In this document: positions 49,210-58,822 of the stretch, in pieces | How the letters are laid out: each line of letters begins with the position of its first letter | Numbering within the stretch: position 1 is the stretch's first letter | Assembly: GCA_963697775.1 (NCBI GenBank) | Contig: CAVOPH010000003.1 | Span: 151,844 to 215,843 of the forward strand | Direction: 5' to 3' | Length of the DNA: 64,000 nucleotides | Source of the DNA: an uncultured Acidobacteriota bacterium | GTDB taxonomy: Bacteria > Acidobacteriota > Vicinamibacteria > Vicinamibacterales > 2-12-FULL-66-21 | Position numbers and translations under genes: made by a program | Notes under the pieces: model-generated | Told to the model about the DNA's origin: nothing | The model's database searches: none | What the model saw: the letters and a program-made list of their open reading frames with translations, nothing else

Positions 49210-50018
49210 AGTCCTCCTCCTTCAAGCCAATGTTGTAGTGGACGTTGGTCATCGACAGCTCGGTGTGCGTCCGGGCACTCACGTCGGTCATGACGATCTC
49301 TGACAGCGTCCAGATCGATTGCACCAGATCCAGCCGCTTCACCTCGTAGACCTTTTCCTTCTCGTTGCGCCGATTGTAGATGTCCGCGTGCACGACGACG
49401 AAAGTGTCCTTCCGCACCGTCGAGACGACGCGTGGAAATCGCGCCTGCACATTTTTTGCGCGGGATTCGATTCGGTACACCGGTACCGTCTTGCCGTCAG
49501 GCCCGGCCCACGTGCCGTTCGGTTCAACCATGGTGTAGGTGTAGTCGTCGAGTTCGCGACCGCTGATGTCTTCGTAGGTAAAGTCGCTGCCGACGAAATT
49601 ATCCTGAGCTTCCGCGCCGGTAATCCTCCGCACCCGTCCCAGCGCCGGGCAGATAGAGGAACCGCTCGTCCTCCGAATCGGGGTGCTCCCACACCAGGAA
49701 CGCGGTGCCCTTGATGTCGTTCGGGTAGGTGAAACGAATCAGGATTCGATCGCCGGCATCGGTACCTTTGGCGGCTCCTCTGGCCTGCGGTCTCATCGTC
49801 TGAATCGACAATTCTCGTTCGCGGACCCGCTGCTGCCGATCGAACAGTCGCATCTTCAACTCGAAGCGGCCGTCTTTCCCGATGTCGCGATTGTCGGCCT
49901 GCCGGGCCACCCATTCCGCCGTTTCCGGTTGTGGCACCCTGGACACGGCATCTACGTAATACAACGGCAGCAGGCATGGAATCATCGCCAGGGCGAAACG
50001 TGCGCGGCACGTGACCAT
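49181..50018 (-). CDS. LolA-like outer-membrane lipoprotein-sorting family protein; frame interrupted near 49640-49650
   Basis: ILIRFTYPNDIKGTAFLVWEHPDSEDERFLYLP is followed in the adjacent frame by LGRVRRITGAEAQDNFVGSDFTYEDI...VKRLDLVQSIWTLSEIVMTD. This is the family's YLPalkrvrRI core. N-terminal signal MVTCRARFALAMIPCLLPL. Confidence 0.75.
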
Positions 50019-50094
50019 GGCCGGCGATCTTCGCCTCCCGCAAGGGAAAAGGCAAAGGGCAAAATTAAAAATCAGGCCGAAGGATATTGGCGTT

Positions 50095-51462
50095 ATGCTC
50101 AAAGCCAGTCCCGCCGTGGATGTCGAGTACGACATCGCAATCGTCGGTGCCGGCTTTACCGGCGCATTTGCCGCCGCCGCGCTTGCCGACGGCTATCGCC
50201 GCATCCTCGTACTGGACGCGCATCCCGAAGGCCGACCGCAGTTCGGCGGTGAACTGATCCACGCCGCCGGCGTGGACATCCTGATCAACCTCAAACTCTG
50301 GCCGATTCTTCAGCACGCGTCCGGCGAGCGCATTGACGGGTTCCACGTCAGCTCCGACGCCGGCGACCCGCCGGTCAGGCTTCCCTACCGCGACGTGCCG
50401 GCGCTGCGTCCCGGCGGCCTCGCGATCGAGCACCGTCAGATCGTCTCACGCGCTCGCGAGCATCTCGGGAGCCGACCGGGCGTGGACGTTCGCACGGGGC
50501 AGCGAGTCATCGACGTCATCTGGCGTAACGGTCGCGTCGCCGGCATAAAGACGGCGTCCGGCGAGCAGATCGGCGCCACGTTGACGCTGATCGCGGACGG
50601 AAGACACTCTCGCACGAGACGGGCGATCGGGATTCGGGCCCGGAAGCGCACCGTGTCGCTGAGCGCGATCATCACTGCCGAACACCAGTCCCTGCCGGAA
50701 CCGCGCTACGCCTGTATCTGTCTGGGCGCACCCGGCCCCAGCCTGGCCTACGGACTGCGCAATCGGGATGTCCGGTTCTGCATCGACGTGCCGATCACCG
50801 ACAATGTCACACGCGAGCACGTCGCCTCGCGACTTCGCAAGGAATATGCACCGCGACTCCCCAATCCGCTCCGGGCGCAGCTGCTGAGCGCGCTCGATGC
50901 GGGGCCGGTGGAGCTCTGCGGCAACGACATCGTCCAGACAGATCGGTGTACCGTCCCCGGCGCAGCCCTCATCGGCGACTCCGCCGGCTGTTCCCATCCG
51001 CTGACGGCGAGCGGGATGACCAACAGCCTCAATGACATTCGCATTCTGTCCGACGAGTTGCGCGCCGGTTCCACGCTCGATGAAGCGCTGGCCCGATACG
51101 AGGTGCGACGCTATCGATTCGTTCGGATCCGCGAGATTCTTGCGGAGGAGCTGTACCAAGCGTTCAGGGCAGAAGGCGCCGGCGAGCGCGCAATCCGCAC
51201 GGGGATCTTCCGCTACTGGCGCACGAGCGCGCATGGCCGCGCGGCGACCGTCGCGCTGCTCTCGGGCGACGATGCGCGTCTCAGTACCTTCGTCGGCGAG
51301 TACCTGCGCGTGATGCGCGAGTCGATCCACGGTACAGTGCTGCGTCCGAAGAGCGATTCGTCCCTGCGTGGTCGCGCACACTCGCTGGCAGGGCTGCTCA
51401 AGGAGTCGCTGGATCTGCTGAATCGCGTCAGCGCCGGCGTCTACACCGGCACCGTGAGATAA
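50095..51462 (+). CDS. squalene monooxygenase (squalene epoxidase)
   Basis: FAD fingerprint DIAIVGAGFTGAFAA. Motifs FGGELIHAAG and LIGDSAGCSHPLTASGMTNSLNDI, the latter corresponding to the epoxidase motif hPLTGGGMTV. Confidence 0.8.
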   Translation: MLKASPAVDVEYDIAIVGAGFTGAFAAAALADGYRRILVLDAHPEGRPQFGGELIHAAGVDILINLKLWPILQHASGERIDGFHVSSDAGDPPVRLPYRDVPALRPGGLAIEHRQIVSRAREHLGSRPGVDVRTGQRVIDVIWRNGRVAGIKTASGEQIGATLTLIADGRHSRTRRAIGIRARKRTVSLSAIITAEHQSLPEPRYACICLGAPGPSLAYGLRNRDVRFCIDVPITDNVTREHVASRLRKEYAPRLPNPLRAQLLSALDAGPVELCGNDIVQTDRCTVPGAALIGDSAGCSHPLTASGMTNSLNDIRILSDELRAGSTLDEALARYEVRRYRFVRIREILAEELYQAFRAEGAGERAIRTGIFRYWRTSAHGRAATVALLSGDDARLSTFVGEYLRVMRESIHGTVLRPKSDSSLRGRAHSLAGLLKESLDLLNRVSAGVYTGTVR

Positions 51463-51497
51463 ACAAAAGTTAAAAGTTAAAAGTTAGAAGTTAAAAG
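51463..51497 (+). repeat. heptamer tandem repeat (AAAGTTA)n immediately after a stop codon
   Basis: aaacaAAAGTTAAAAGTTAAAAGTTAGAAGTTAAAAGACC begins directly after the squalene epoxidase TAA (51460-51462). The unit is the same as in the 9817-9865 array read on its gene's sense strand. Confidence 0.9.
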
Positions 51498-51517
51498 ACC
51501 TGCGGGGTCTTCACCTA

Positions 51518-52672
51518 TCACTTCCCCCGGGCCCTACCTTCTCCCGATACAGACGACGTGGTCAGCGCCGACCCTATTGCCCAGGTTGCAATGCGGCGAA
51601 GGCGCGGGCGCTCGTAGATGCGACCGATCGCGTCGAGCACCCCGACTCTCACGGCACCGCGAAACGCATGTCCCATCAGGAACCCCGGGACAAATGCGCC
51701 CCGGCAGCGCTTGGAATACCCCTGCCATGCGTTCGACTCATCCACTCCGCCCTGAACGACTTGCGCGAGCGTCTCGGCGGCGAGCACTCCGCAGCGCATC
51801 GCCTGATAAATCCCTTCACCCGTCGCGGCGTTGGTGAGCCGCGCGGATTCGCCGACATACAGAATCCCCGGAGCCGCCACCGCCTGTGGCCAAACCGAGT
51901 GCGCAATCGGGTGTCCGGACCATCGGCCAATCGTTCGCGCCGGCCGGAGGCGATCACTGTAGTGGCGCTGAAGAAACGATTCGAAGACGGGACGCAGGCT
52001 TCCCAAATCACCGCCGCTTCCTGCGCGCCTCCCGTCCACGACGATGCCGATGTTGACGCGTGACGGAGTCTCGGGAAACATCCAGCCGTACAGCGGGCAC
52101 AGCGCTCGATCGAAGATCATCTCGAGCGTGCCTGGCTCGAATTCGAACCCCTCCCACCAGCCCATGATCGTGGCCAGCGCCTGTTTCGGCCGCGAGTCTT
52201 GCGAAAATCGCGAATGGGCGCCGTCTGCGCAGATGACGTAGTCGGCCGCGATGACTTCATCGCCGGCGCGTACGCCCGCAACCCGGCCGCGGTCATGAAC
52301 CAGCGCGGTGACCTGTACGCCATCACGAAACTGGACACCGAGCGTCCGCGCGCGATCGACGAGAAGTTGATCGAAGTCTCTGCGCAGCAGCACAACCGCC
52401 GCCTCGCCGCCAGAGAGACGCAACGTGCGCCCGCCTGGAGTCGTCAGGAGCAACGAGTGGATGGTGTAGGCCCGTGCCCGGATCGCGTCCTCGACAGCCA
52501 GGTCGGCGAGGACCCGCAATCCGAGCGGGGAGATCGCCGAGCCGCAGGTTTTCTCTCTCGGGAAACGCGCGCGATCAAGAAGGATGACGTGCTGAAACCC
52601 GCGTCGGGCAAGCGCGATTGCGGCGGCACACCCGCCAGGTCCGGCGCCGACGATGACAATCCGGTCAGCCAC
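51518..52672 (-). CDS. geranylgeranyl-reductase-family FAD-dependent oxidoreductase
   Basis: GTG start. Dinucleotide fold IVIVGAGPGGCAAAIALARRG...LLDRARFPREKTCGSAISP. The ~380 aa length is typical of the family. Confidence 0.75.
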   Translation of the reverse strand: MADRIVIVGAGPGGCAAAIALARRGFQHVILLDRARFPREKTCGSAISPLGLRVLADLAVEDAIRARAYTIHSLLLTTPGGRTLRLSGGEAAVVLLRRDFDQLLVDRARTLGVQFRDGVQVTALVHDRGRVAGVRAGDEVIAADYVICADGAHSRFSQDSRPKQALATIMGWWEGFEFEPGTLEMIFDRALCPLYGWMFPETPSRVNIGIVVDGRRAGSGGDLGSLRPVFESFLQRHYSDRLRPARTIGRWSGHPIAHSVWPQAVAAPGILYVGESARLTNAATGEGIYQAMRCGVLAAETLAQVVQGGVDESNAWQGYSKRCRGAFVPGFLMGHAFRGAVRVGVLDAIGRIYERPRLRRIATWAIGSALTTSSVSGEGRARGK

Positions 52673-52733
52673 GATGTTGGCGCTCGCGAGTCCGCGGTCT
52701 CCAGGATCCAGAGCGGAGCGCTATAGTATCGCC

Positions 52734-55517
52734 GTGCAGGGCCTCGTCCAACGACTTCTCCTCTGGAGCGTCAGGCGTCCAGCCGCCGGGGCGCTGCTCT
52801 ACATCGCCCTGACCGTGGGGTTGACGTCAGCGATCCCGCGACTCCAGATCGACGCCTCCAACGAAGGCTTCATGCTCGAGCGCGACCCTGCCCGTCAGTA
52901 CTACGAGCAGGTCAAGGGTACGTTCGGCAGCGACGAGCTCACGGTCGTCATGATCACGGCAGGCGATGTCTTTACGCCTGCGGCGCTGAAGACGATCGAG
53001 CGGCTATCCGACGCATTGCAGCGTGTCGAAGGGGTCGCTCGCGTAGACAGTCTCGCCACCGTGGACAACATCGGCGCCACCGACGAAGGAGTTGAAATCG
53101 CGCCGCTGCTCCGCGGCGGCATCCCGGAGGATCCGGCCGGACTGGCGGTGCTCAAGCGGAAAGCGCTCGCCAATGACATCTTCACGGGCAATCTCGTCTC
53201 GCCGGATGCCCGCGCGGCAGGCATCTTCGTCTACACCCAGGCGAGCGACGGCGACAAGACATTCAACGCGAGATTCTCGTCGCGGGTCGAAGATCTCATC
53301 CGCGAGAACCAATCCGCCGGTGTCGTGGTCGAGCAGATTGGCGGGCCGCTCATCAAGGCGACGGTGGCGGACTTCGTCCGCCGCGATCAGCTCACGTTGA
53401 TCCCGTTCTCGGTGGCCACGCTGTTCGTCGTGCTCATGCTCGGGTTCCGGACGCCGCAGGGCGTGATCGCGCCGCTCTTCACCGGGTTGTCGAGCGCGCT
53501 CTGGGGCGTGGGCCTGATGGCGCTTTTCCACATTCCCTTGAATGTGGTCACCGTGGCGGTTCCCTCGCTGGTGCTCGTGGTCGGATTCGCCGAAGCGGTG
53601 CACATCATCTCGGCGTATCACGCGTGCCTGCGCGCCGGCCGCGACAAGATACACGCGCTGACCGAAGCGGTTGAAGAGGCCGCGCTGCCGGTGCTCGTCA
53701 CCACGGCCACGACGATTCTTGGATTCGCGACGCTGATCTTTTCCGACATCACGATCCTCATCCAGTTCGGGTACGCCGCAACGCTGGCGTTGACGGCGAA
53801 TTTCATCGCCACGCTGCTCGGGATCCCGTTGCTGCTGCGGCTGTGGCCGCAGCCGAAGAGATTTGCGGCCACCGTGCTGGCAGAGTCGACGCCGGGTAAC
53901 GCCGTCGATCGGCGAATCGCCTCGGGCTGCGCGTTCGTGCTCCGGTATCGTGTGCCGATCGCGGCGCTCTTCATCGTGCTGGCGATTGCCTCCCTGTGGG
54001 GCTGGTACACGCTCAAGGTGGACACCGATTTCGTCAGCTACTTTCCGCGGAATTCGCCCGTCCGTCAGCGCATGCACGACGTCGATCAGGCCCTGAACGG
54101 CGCCTCGGCCTTCTTCGTCGTCGTCGAAACCGGCCGCGAGAACGGCGCCACCGATCCCGGCGTCCTGAGACAGGTGGCGGAGCTGCAGACGTTTCTGGAA
54201 GGCGTCCCCGGCATCGGGAAGACGGTGTCGATCGTGGACTACATCTCGCAGCTGAATACGACGCTCAGCGGAGTTCGCGTCGGCGCCCGCGCGGTGCCCG
54301 ACTCTTCGGAGCTGATTGCGCAGGATCTGCTGCTGATGGATCGCACGCAGATCGCACGGTTCATCGATCTGCCCGCGACCTCAGCGAACATTCTCGTCCG
54401 TCACAGCCTGACCGGTTCGTGGGAGCTGTCACAGGCGCTCCGTCAACTCGATGCCTACGTGGCGGGGCACGTTCGCGGCGTCGCGGTGCAGGCGTCGGGG
54501 CAGTCGGTGCTGACCAACCGCGCCGCCGACTACATGGCCGTCAACGAGGTCACGAGCTTCGTCTACACGCTGGCGATCATCGGGCTGATTCACTCGGCGC
54601 TGTTCCTGTCGGTGAAAGCCGGACTGCTGTCGCTCGTGCCGAACGTCATTCCCGTGATCTACAGCTTCGGCCTCATGGGGCTGCTCGACATTCCGCTGAG
54701 CACGGGCACGGCCATGGTGGCGACGATTGCGATAGGCATCGCGGTGGATGACACGGTCCACAACATGGTGACCTACAGCCGTCAGCTGAACCAACACGCT
54801 GACGAGCGGACCGCGGTGGTCCGGACCATGGCGATTCAGTTCAGGCCGATCGTGTTCGTTTCGATGGCATTGGCGAGCGGCTTTGCCGTGCTTGCATTCT
54901 CCCGTTTTGTCCCAACCGTCCATCTCGGCCTGCTGTCCGCTTTCGTGATGGTCGCGGCGATGATCTCGGAGCTCGTGCTGTCGCCGATCCTGATGGCATC
55001 GACGCGGCTGGTGACGGTCTGGGACATGCTGCTCGTGCGCATGAATCCAGACCTCGTGCGCCGGGCGCCGCTCTTCGAAGGCCTGTCGCGCTGGGAAGCG
55101 CGAAAGGTTGTCCTCACAGGAATGCTCCAATCGCTGGCGGCTGGACAGTACGCGATTCAGCGCGGCGACCAGGGACGGCATCTCTACATGGTCGTCGCCG
55201 GCCGTCTGATCGTGGTCGATTCGGATCTCGACGGCCGCGAACGCACGTTGTCTGTCGTCGGCCCAGGCGGCGTGTTCGGTGAAACGGGATTGTTGACCGA
55301 TGGCTATCGAATGTTTTCGGCCCGGGCCGAGACGGCAGCGGAGGTCCTGCGGATGGATTTCGACACACTCGATCGGTTGCGACGCCGGTTCCCCTTCACC
55401 GCGGCCAAAGTCTTCAGGAACCTCGCGCGCATCCTCGGCGAGCGGCTTCAGGACACCACGTCAGCGATGCTGTATCTCACGAGCGACACCGCACCGCGCG
55501 TCGAGCAGCAAAAGTAA
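52734..55517 (+). CDS. COG1033/MMPL (HpnN-like) RND-superfamily exporter fused to a C-terminal cyclic-nucleotide-binding domain
   Basis: There are two 6-TM bundles with periplasmic loops (IDASNEGFML...DSLATVDNI; second half VDTDFVSYFP...). The C-terminal ~125 aa (about 55060-55450) carry FEGLS...LYMVVAGRLIVV...GPGGVFGETGLL...ARAETAAEVL. The start is uncertain: GTG at 52734 or ATG at 52674. Confidence 0.8.
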   Translation: MQGLVQRLLLWSVRRPAAGALLYIALTVGLTSAIPRLQIDASNEGFMLERDPARQYYEQVKGTFGSDELTVVMITAGDVFTPAALKTIERLSDALQRVEGVARVDSLATVDNIGATDEGVEIAPLLRGGIPEDPAGLAVLKRKALANDIFTGNLVSPDARAAGIFVYTQASDGDKTFNARFSSRVEDLIRENQSAGVVVEQIGGPLIKATVADFVRRDQLTLIPFSVATLFVVLMLGFRTPQGVIAPLFTGLSSALWGVGLMALFHIPLNVVTVAVPSLVLVVGFAEAVHIISAYHACLRAGRDKIHALTEAVEEAALPVLVTTATTILGFATLIFSDITILIQFGYAATLALTANFIATLLGIPLLLRLWPQPKRFAATVLAESTPGNAVDRRIASGCAFVLRYRVPIAALFIVLAIASLWGWYTLKVDTDFVSYFPRNSPVRQRMHDVDQALNGASAFFVVVETGRENGATDPGVLRQVAELQTFLEGVPGIGKTVSIVDYISQLNTTLSGVRVGARAVPDSSELIAQDLLLMDRTQIARFIDLPATSANILVRHSLTGSWELSQALRQLDAYVAGHVRGVAVQASGQSVLTNRAADYMAVNEVTSFVYTLAIIGLIHSALFLSVKAGLLSLVPNVIPVIYSFGLMGLLDIPLSTGTAMVATIAIGIAVDDTVHNMVTYSRQLNQHADERTAVVRTMAIQFRPIVFVSMALASGFAVLAFSRFVPTVHLGLLSAFVMVAAMISELVLSPILMASTRLVTVWDMLLVRMNPDLVRRAPLFEGLSRWEARKVVLTGMLQSLAAGQYAIQRGDQGRHLYMVVAGRLIVVDSDLDGRERTLSVVGPGGVFGETGLLTDGYRMFSARAETAAEVLRMDFDTLDRLRRRFPFTAAKVFRNLARILGERLQDTTSAMLYLTSDTAPRVEQQK

Positions 55518-55518
55518 G

Positions 55519-55540
55519 AAGTTCAAAGTTCAAAGATTCA
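55519..55540 (+). repeat. short heptamer repeat AAGTTCA AAGTTCA AAGATTCA after a stop codon
   Basis: It starts 2 nt after the exporter TAA (55515-55517) and overlaps the convergent stop codon at 55538. Confidence 0.7.
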
Positions 55541-55924
55541 TCGAGTCCCTTTATCGTTCGCGCGAATGGCGTAACGGATGCCCTCGATGAGCGCATCGGG
55601 ACTCGCGCGCATGTCGCCGTTCATTTCGACCACCGGCACGTGCTCGGGTGCCTCGAGCCGAATCCGGGAGGCGGCTTCGGGCTCGGCGACGACGACATCC
55701 GGACGAAGGCCGGACATCACGCGCAGCGCTTCGTCTACCGTCGCGCTCGTCGTCACGGCAAACTTCAGACGCGCCAGCACGGCCTCGGACTGCGCCATCG
55801 CCGTTTCGCCGTGTCCCACCACCAGCACGAGCGGGGCAAAACCCGGCACATCGCCAGCACGACGGCCGCCGCGCGGCAACCTTCTCCGATCTGGTCCCTG
55901 TCGATTCTCGGACGCGTCCGTCAT
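55538..55924 (-). CDS. receiver-like (pseudo-receiver) domain protein
   Basis: REC-like layout with a degenerate acidic pocket. Beta-1 is LVLVVGHGE instead of DD. Beta-3 is PDVVVAE, so Glu sits at the phospho-acceptor position. An Arg-rich N-terminal tail is present. Confidence 0.5.
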   Translation of the reverse strand: MTDASENRQGPDRRRLPRGGRRAGDVPGFAPLVLVVGHGETAMAQSEAVLARLKFAVTTSATVDEALRVMSGLRPDVVVAEPEAASRIRLEAPEHVPVVEMNGDMRASPDALIEGIRYAIRANDKGTR

Positions 55925-56260
55925 TCTGACTCCCTTGGGTTCTTCAACCCTGCAGAACTGAGCGCGAGCTGAGCTGTGCGCGGCACGCGGAATGCAGCTT
56001 ACACACTCGTGACATTTGTCGAACGTAGAAAGGGCGACGGCTACCGTACCTTGGATCGCCGCCGCACTTACATCGACGTTCTCGAGCGTGTGCTGGGCAC
56101 TTCGCTTCCGTCTGAAGCCACCAGGTCGGCGAGGCGGTTCGTGCGTTTCGCCGTCGGCCAGCTCGTGATCGGCTCGACCGTATCCGAAGTTCAGGTCTGT
56201 CTCTTCGGCGATTTCGTCAACTACACTCCCGGAAACTGAACCTCCCGGATCACCTCTGCC

Positions 56261-57865
56261 TTACTTCCGCGCCGGCTGCCCGTTCATCACGAACGCCCAC
56301 AACGTATCTCCCGCGCCGACGATCACGTACTGATTCCCATCGAGCTCGTACGTGATCGGCCCGTTGCTGACTGAGGCGTTGAGTCCCGCGTGCCACAGCG
56401 CTTCGCCGGTCGCCGCATTCAGGGCGACGAGATCGCCCGAGGCGCCGCCGCTGAAGAGCAGATTGCCGGCGGTGCTGAGCAGACCGGCGCGCGTCCCCCA
56501 CCTTCCCACGGGTGGCTCCATTTCACCTTGCCGGTCTTGTAGTCGATCGCCTGAAGCATCGATTCACCCCAGCCGCCGCGATCGGTGCCGCCCCAGCCCT
56601 GCGGATTGTCTCCGGGGTCGTAGATGTAATACACGCTGAACGCGCGCGTGGCGTTGACGTAGAAGAGACCAGTCTGCGGACTGAACGTCGGCGGCGGCCA
56701 GTTGGCGGCGCCTCCCTGGTTCGGGGTCACGAGCGCGCCGTCGATCTGCGGATGCTTCTTCGGATCGGGCACCGGCTGACCCTTTTCGTCGTAGCCCGAC
56801 GCCCAGTTCGTCTTCACGTATTCCGACGAGATGATCGCGGTACCGTTGGTGCGATCGAGCACGAAGAAGTGGCCGTTGCGCGCCGCCTGTGCGACGAGCT
56901 TGCGCGTCTGACCGTTGACCTGACCGTCGAACAGGACCGCCGTCTGCGTGGAATCCCAGTCGTGCGTGTCGTGCGGCGATGACTGGAAATACCAGTTCAT
57001 CTTGCCGGTGTCCGGATTGAGCGAGACGATTGACGCCGTGAACAGATTTGCGCCGGTACGATTGACGTGTGCGATCACCGGCTGCGGATTGCCGGTGGTG
57101 ACATACATCTGATTCAGCTCGGGATCGTAAGTGAACGGCTGCCAGGTCATGCCGCCACCGTGCTTCATCGCGTCTTCGTTCGGCCACGTGTCGGACCCGG
57201 GCTCTCCCTTTTTTTGCGGTACCACATACCACCGCCAGATCATTTCGCCGGTCTCCAGGTTGTGCGCCTGGGCGTACCCGGGAACGTCCAGGTCGTCACC
57301 GCTCACGCCGACCATGACTTTGTCCTTCACGATAATCGGCGCGACCGAACCGTAGTAGAACTGGTCGAGATCGCAGATCTGTTTGTGCCAGCGTTCGCGT
57401 TCCGTCCTTGATGTTCAGCGAGACGAGATTGCAGTCCGGGGTTTCGAAATACAGCCAGTCGCGATAGATTGCCGGGCCGCGATTGCCGATGTGAATCCCG
57501 CCTTTCGACTGCCAGATGTGGTGCCAGATCTCGCGCCCGGTCCGCGCGTCGAGCGCCCACACGTGATCCGGTGCGGTGAGATAGATCACGCCGTTGACCT
57601 GGAGCGGCGTCCCCTTGATCGCGCCAGGATTGCCGCCCCCGCCAGGATTCATTCGGTAGACCCAGCCGAGGCTCAGCGCGCCGATGTTGCCGTCGTTGAT
57701 CTTCGTCAGCGTGCTGAACCGGCGGCCGGTGTAGTCGCCGTTGTAGCTCGGCCACGAGTCCGTGCCGGGATTGAGAAGCTTCGCGGGATCGAGGCCCGTC
57801 TGCGCCGTCGTCAACATGACCGCGGCACAGACAAAACTGGACGCAGCGAATATGGCGCGTTTCAT
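56261..57865 (-). CDS. PQQ-dependent (quinoprotein) dehydrogenase; two frame interruptions (56495-56499 and about 57398-57408)
   Basis: Signal peptide MKRAIFAASSFVCAAVMLTTAQ. Beta-propeller repeats: LSLGWVYRM, PLQVNGVIYLTAPDHVWALDARTGREIW, VSLNPDTGKMNWYFQ, LQAIDYKTGKVKW, LVALNAATGEALW. Three ORFs (57296.., 56419..57330, 56261..56521) join colinearly. One junction lies in a C5/G5 homopolymer. Confidence 0.85.
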
Positions 57866-58783
57866 TTCAGCGTCTCCAGATAGGCAACCACGTCGTGAAT
57901 GTTCTTGTCGGTGATCGTTTCGAGCAACGCGTGATGGGCAGCAAGCGGATCGTCCTTGACGACCTTGACGCCGGGCCCGCGCTTGAACGTCCGGTAGACG
58001 CCGGAGCTGTCGCGCAGCGACACGTTGAAATCGTCCATCTGCAGCAGGACGCCGGTGACCGCCTCTCCATTCGACGGGGTCACGGTGACTTTCACTGAGC
58101 TCGTCGGCGGAGGACCGCCTCGACCGCGACCGCCGCGCGCCGCCTCCGGGAAAGAGAAAGCGCTGCTGCAAATCAATCGGCTCATACCGGCCGCCAATCC
58201 CCGCGAGGTTCAGGGTGGTCGCCGTATGACACGTCGCGCACTTCCCGGCCCCGTTGAAATACTCGGTTCCGGCCTTCGCGTCCCCGGTCAGCACGTTCTG
58301 CGGCTGGAAGAGCGGCGAGCCGCGGAACGAGTCATTGACGCGCTGCCGCAGAAAGTGGGCAAGGTTGACGATCTGATCGTCGGTCAGCGTCGATGCCGAC
58401 CCGCCGCTCTGCATCTTGTGTCCGCGCTTCAGAAAGGGCCCGAGCTCGTTGCCATATCGATCGCGCAGGACGACGAGCGAGCGCGTCAGGTTCGGTCCAT
58501 TGTCGGTGCCGCGCGCCTGGGTGCCGTGACAATTGATGCACTCGGCCGCCCACACGGTGCGTCCCCGGTCCGCCAGCGCGGCTTCGACAAACGGCGCATC
58601 CGCCGGCCCCGCGCCCATGACGCCGCCGCGGGCACGTCCGCCTCCCGCCGGGGGCGGCGTCTGCTGGCCGCCGCGTCCTCCGGCCGGAGGCTGCGGCGCC
58701 TGAGCGCTGATGATGGTCACCGTTGCCGACAAGCCGAACACGGCCATTCCAATCCAGACTCGAGAAGTACAGGCGCTGCGCAT
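57862..58783 (-). CDS. dihaem c-type cytochrome (partner of the PQQ dehydrogenase); frame interrupted about 58105-58150
   Basis: Haem motifs CINCH and CATCH. The C-terminal domain continues in ORF 57862..58197 (VKVTVTPSNGEAVTGVLLQMDDFNVSL...VAYLETLK). Its stop codon overlaps the dehydrogenase ATG (ATGA). Confidence 0.8.
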
Positions 58784-58822
58784 GGGTATCGTCTCCGGTC
58801 GCGCCATCATACCTTCAATAAA

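Noticed and set aside
55925-56260. An 87-aa plus-strand ORF (55976-56239) or an N-terminal extension of the receiver-like gene.
   Set aside because: Both strands are open in this gap. The minus frame has no ATG, GTG or TTG before 55924. Neither translation shows a recognisable motif, and coding cannot be decided from sequence alone.
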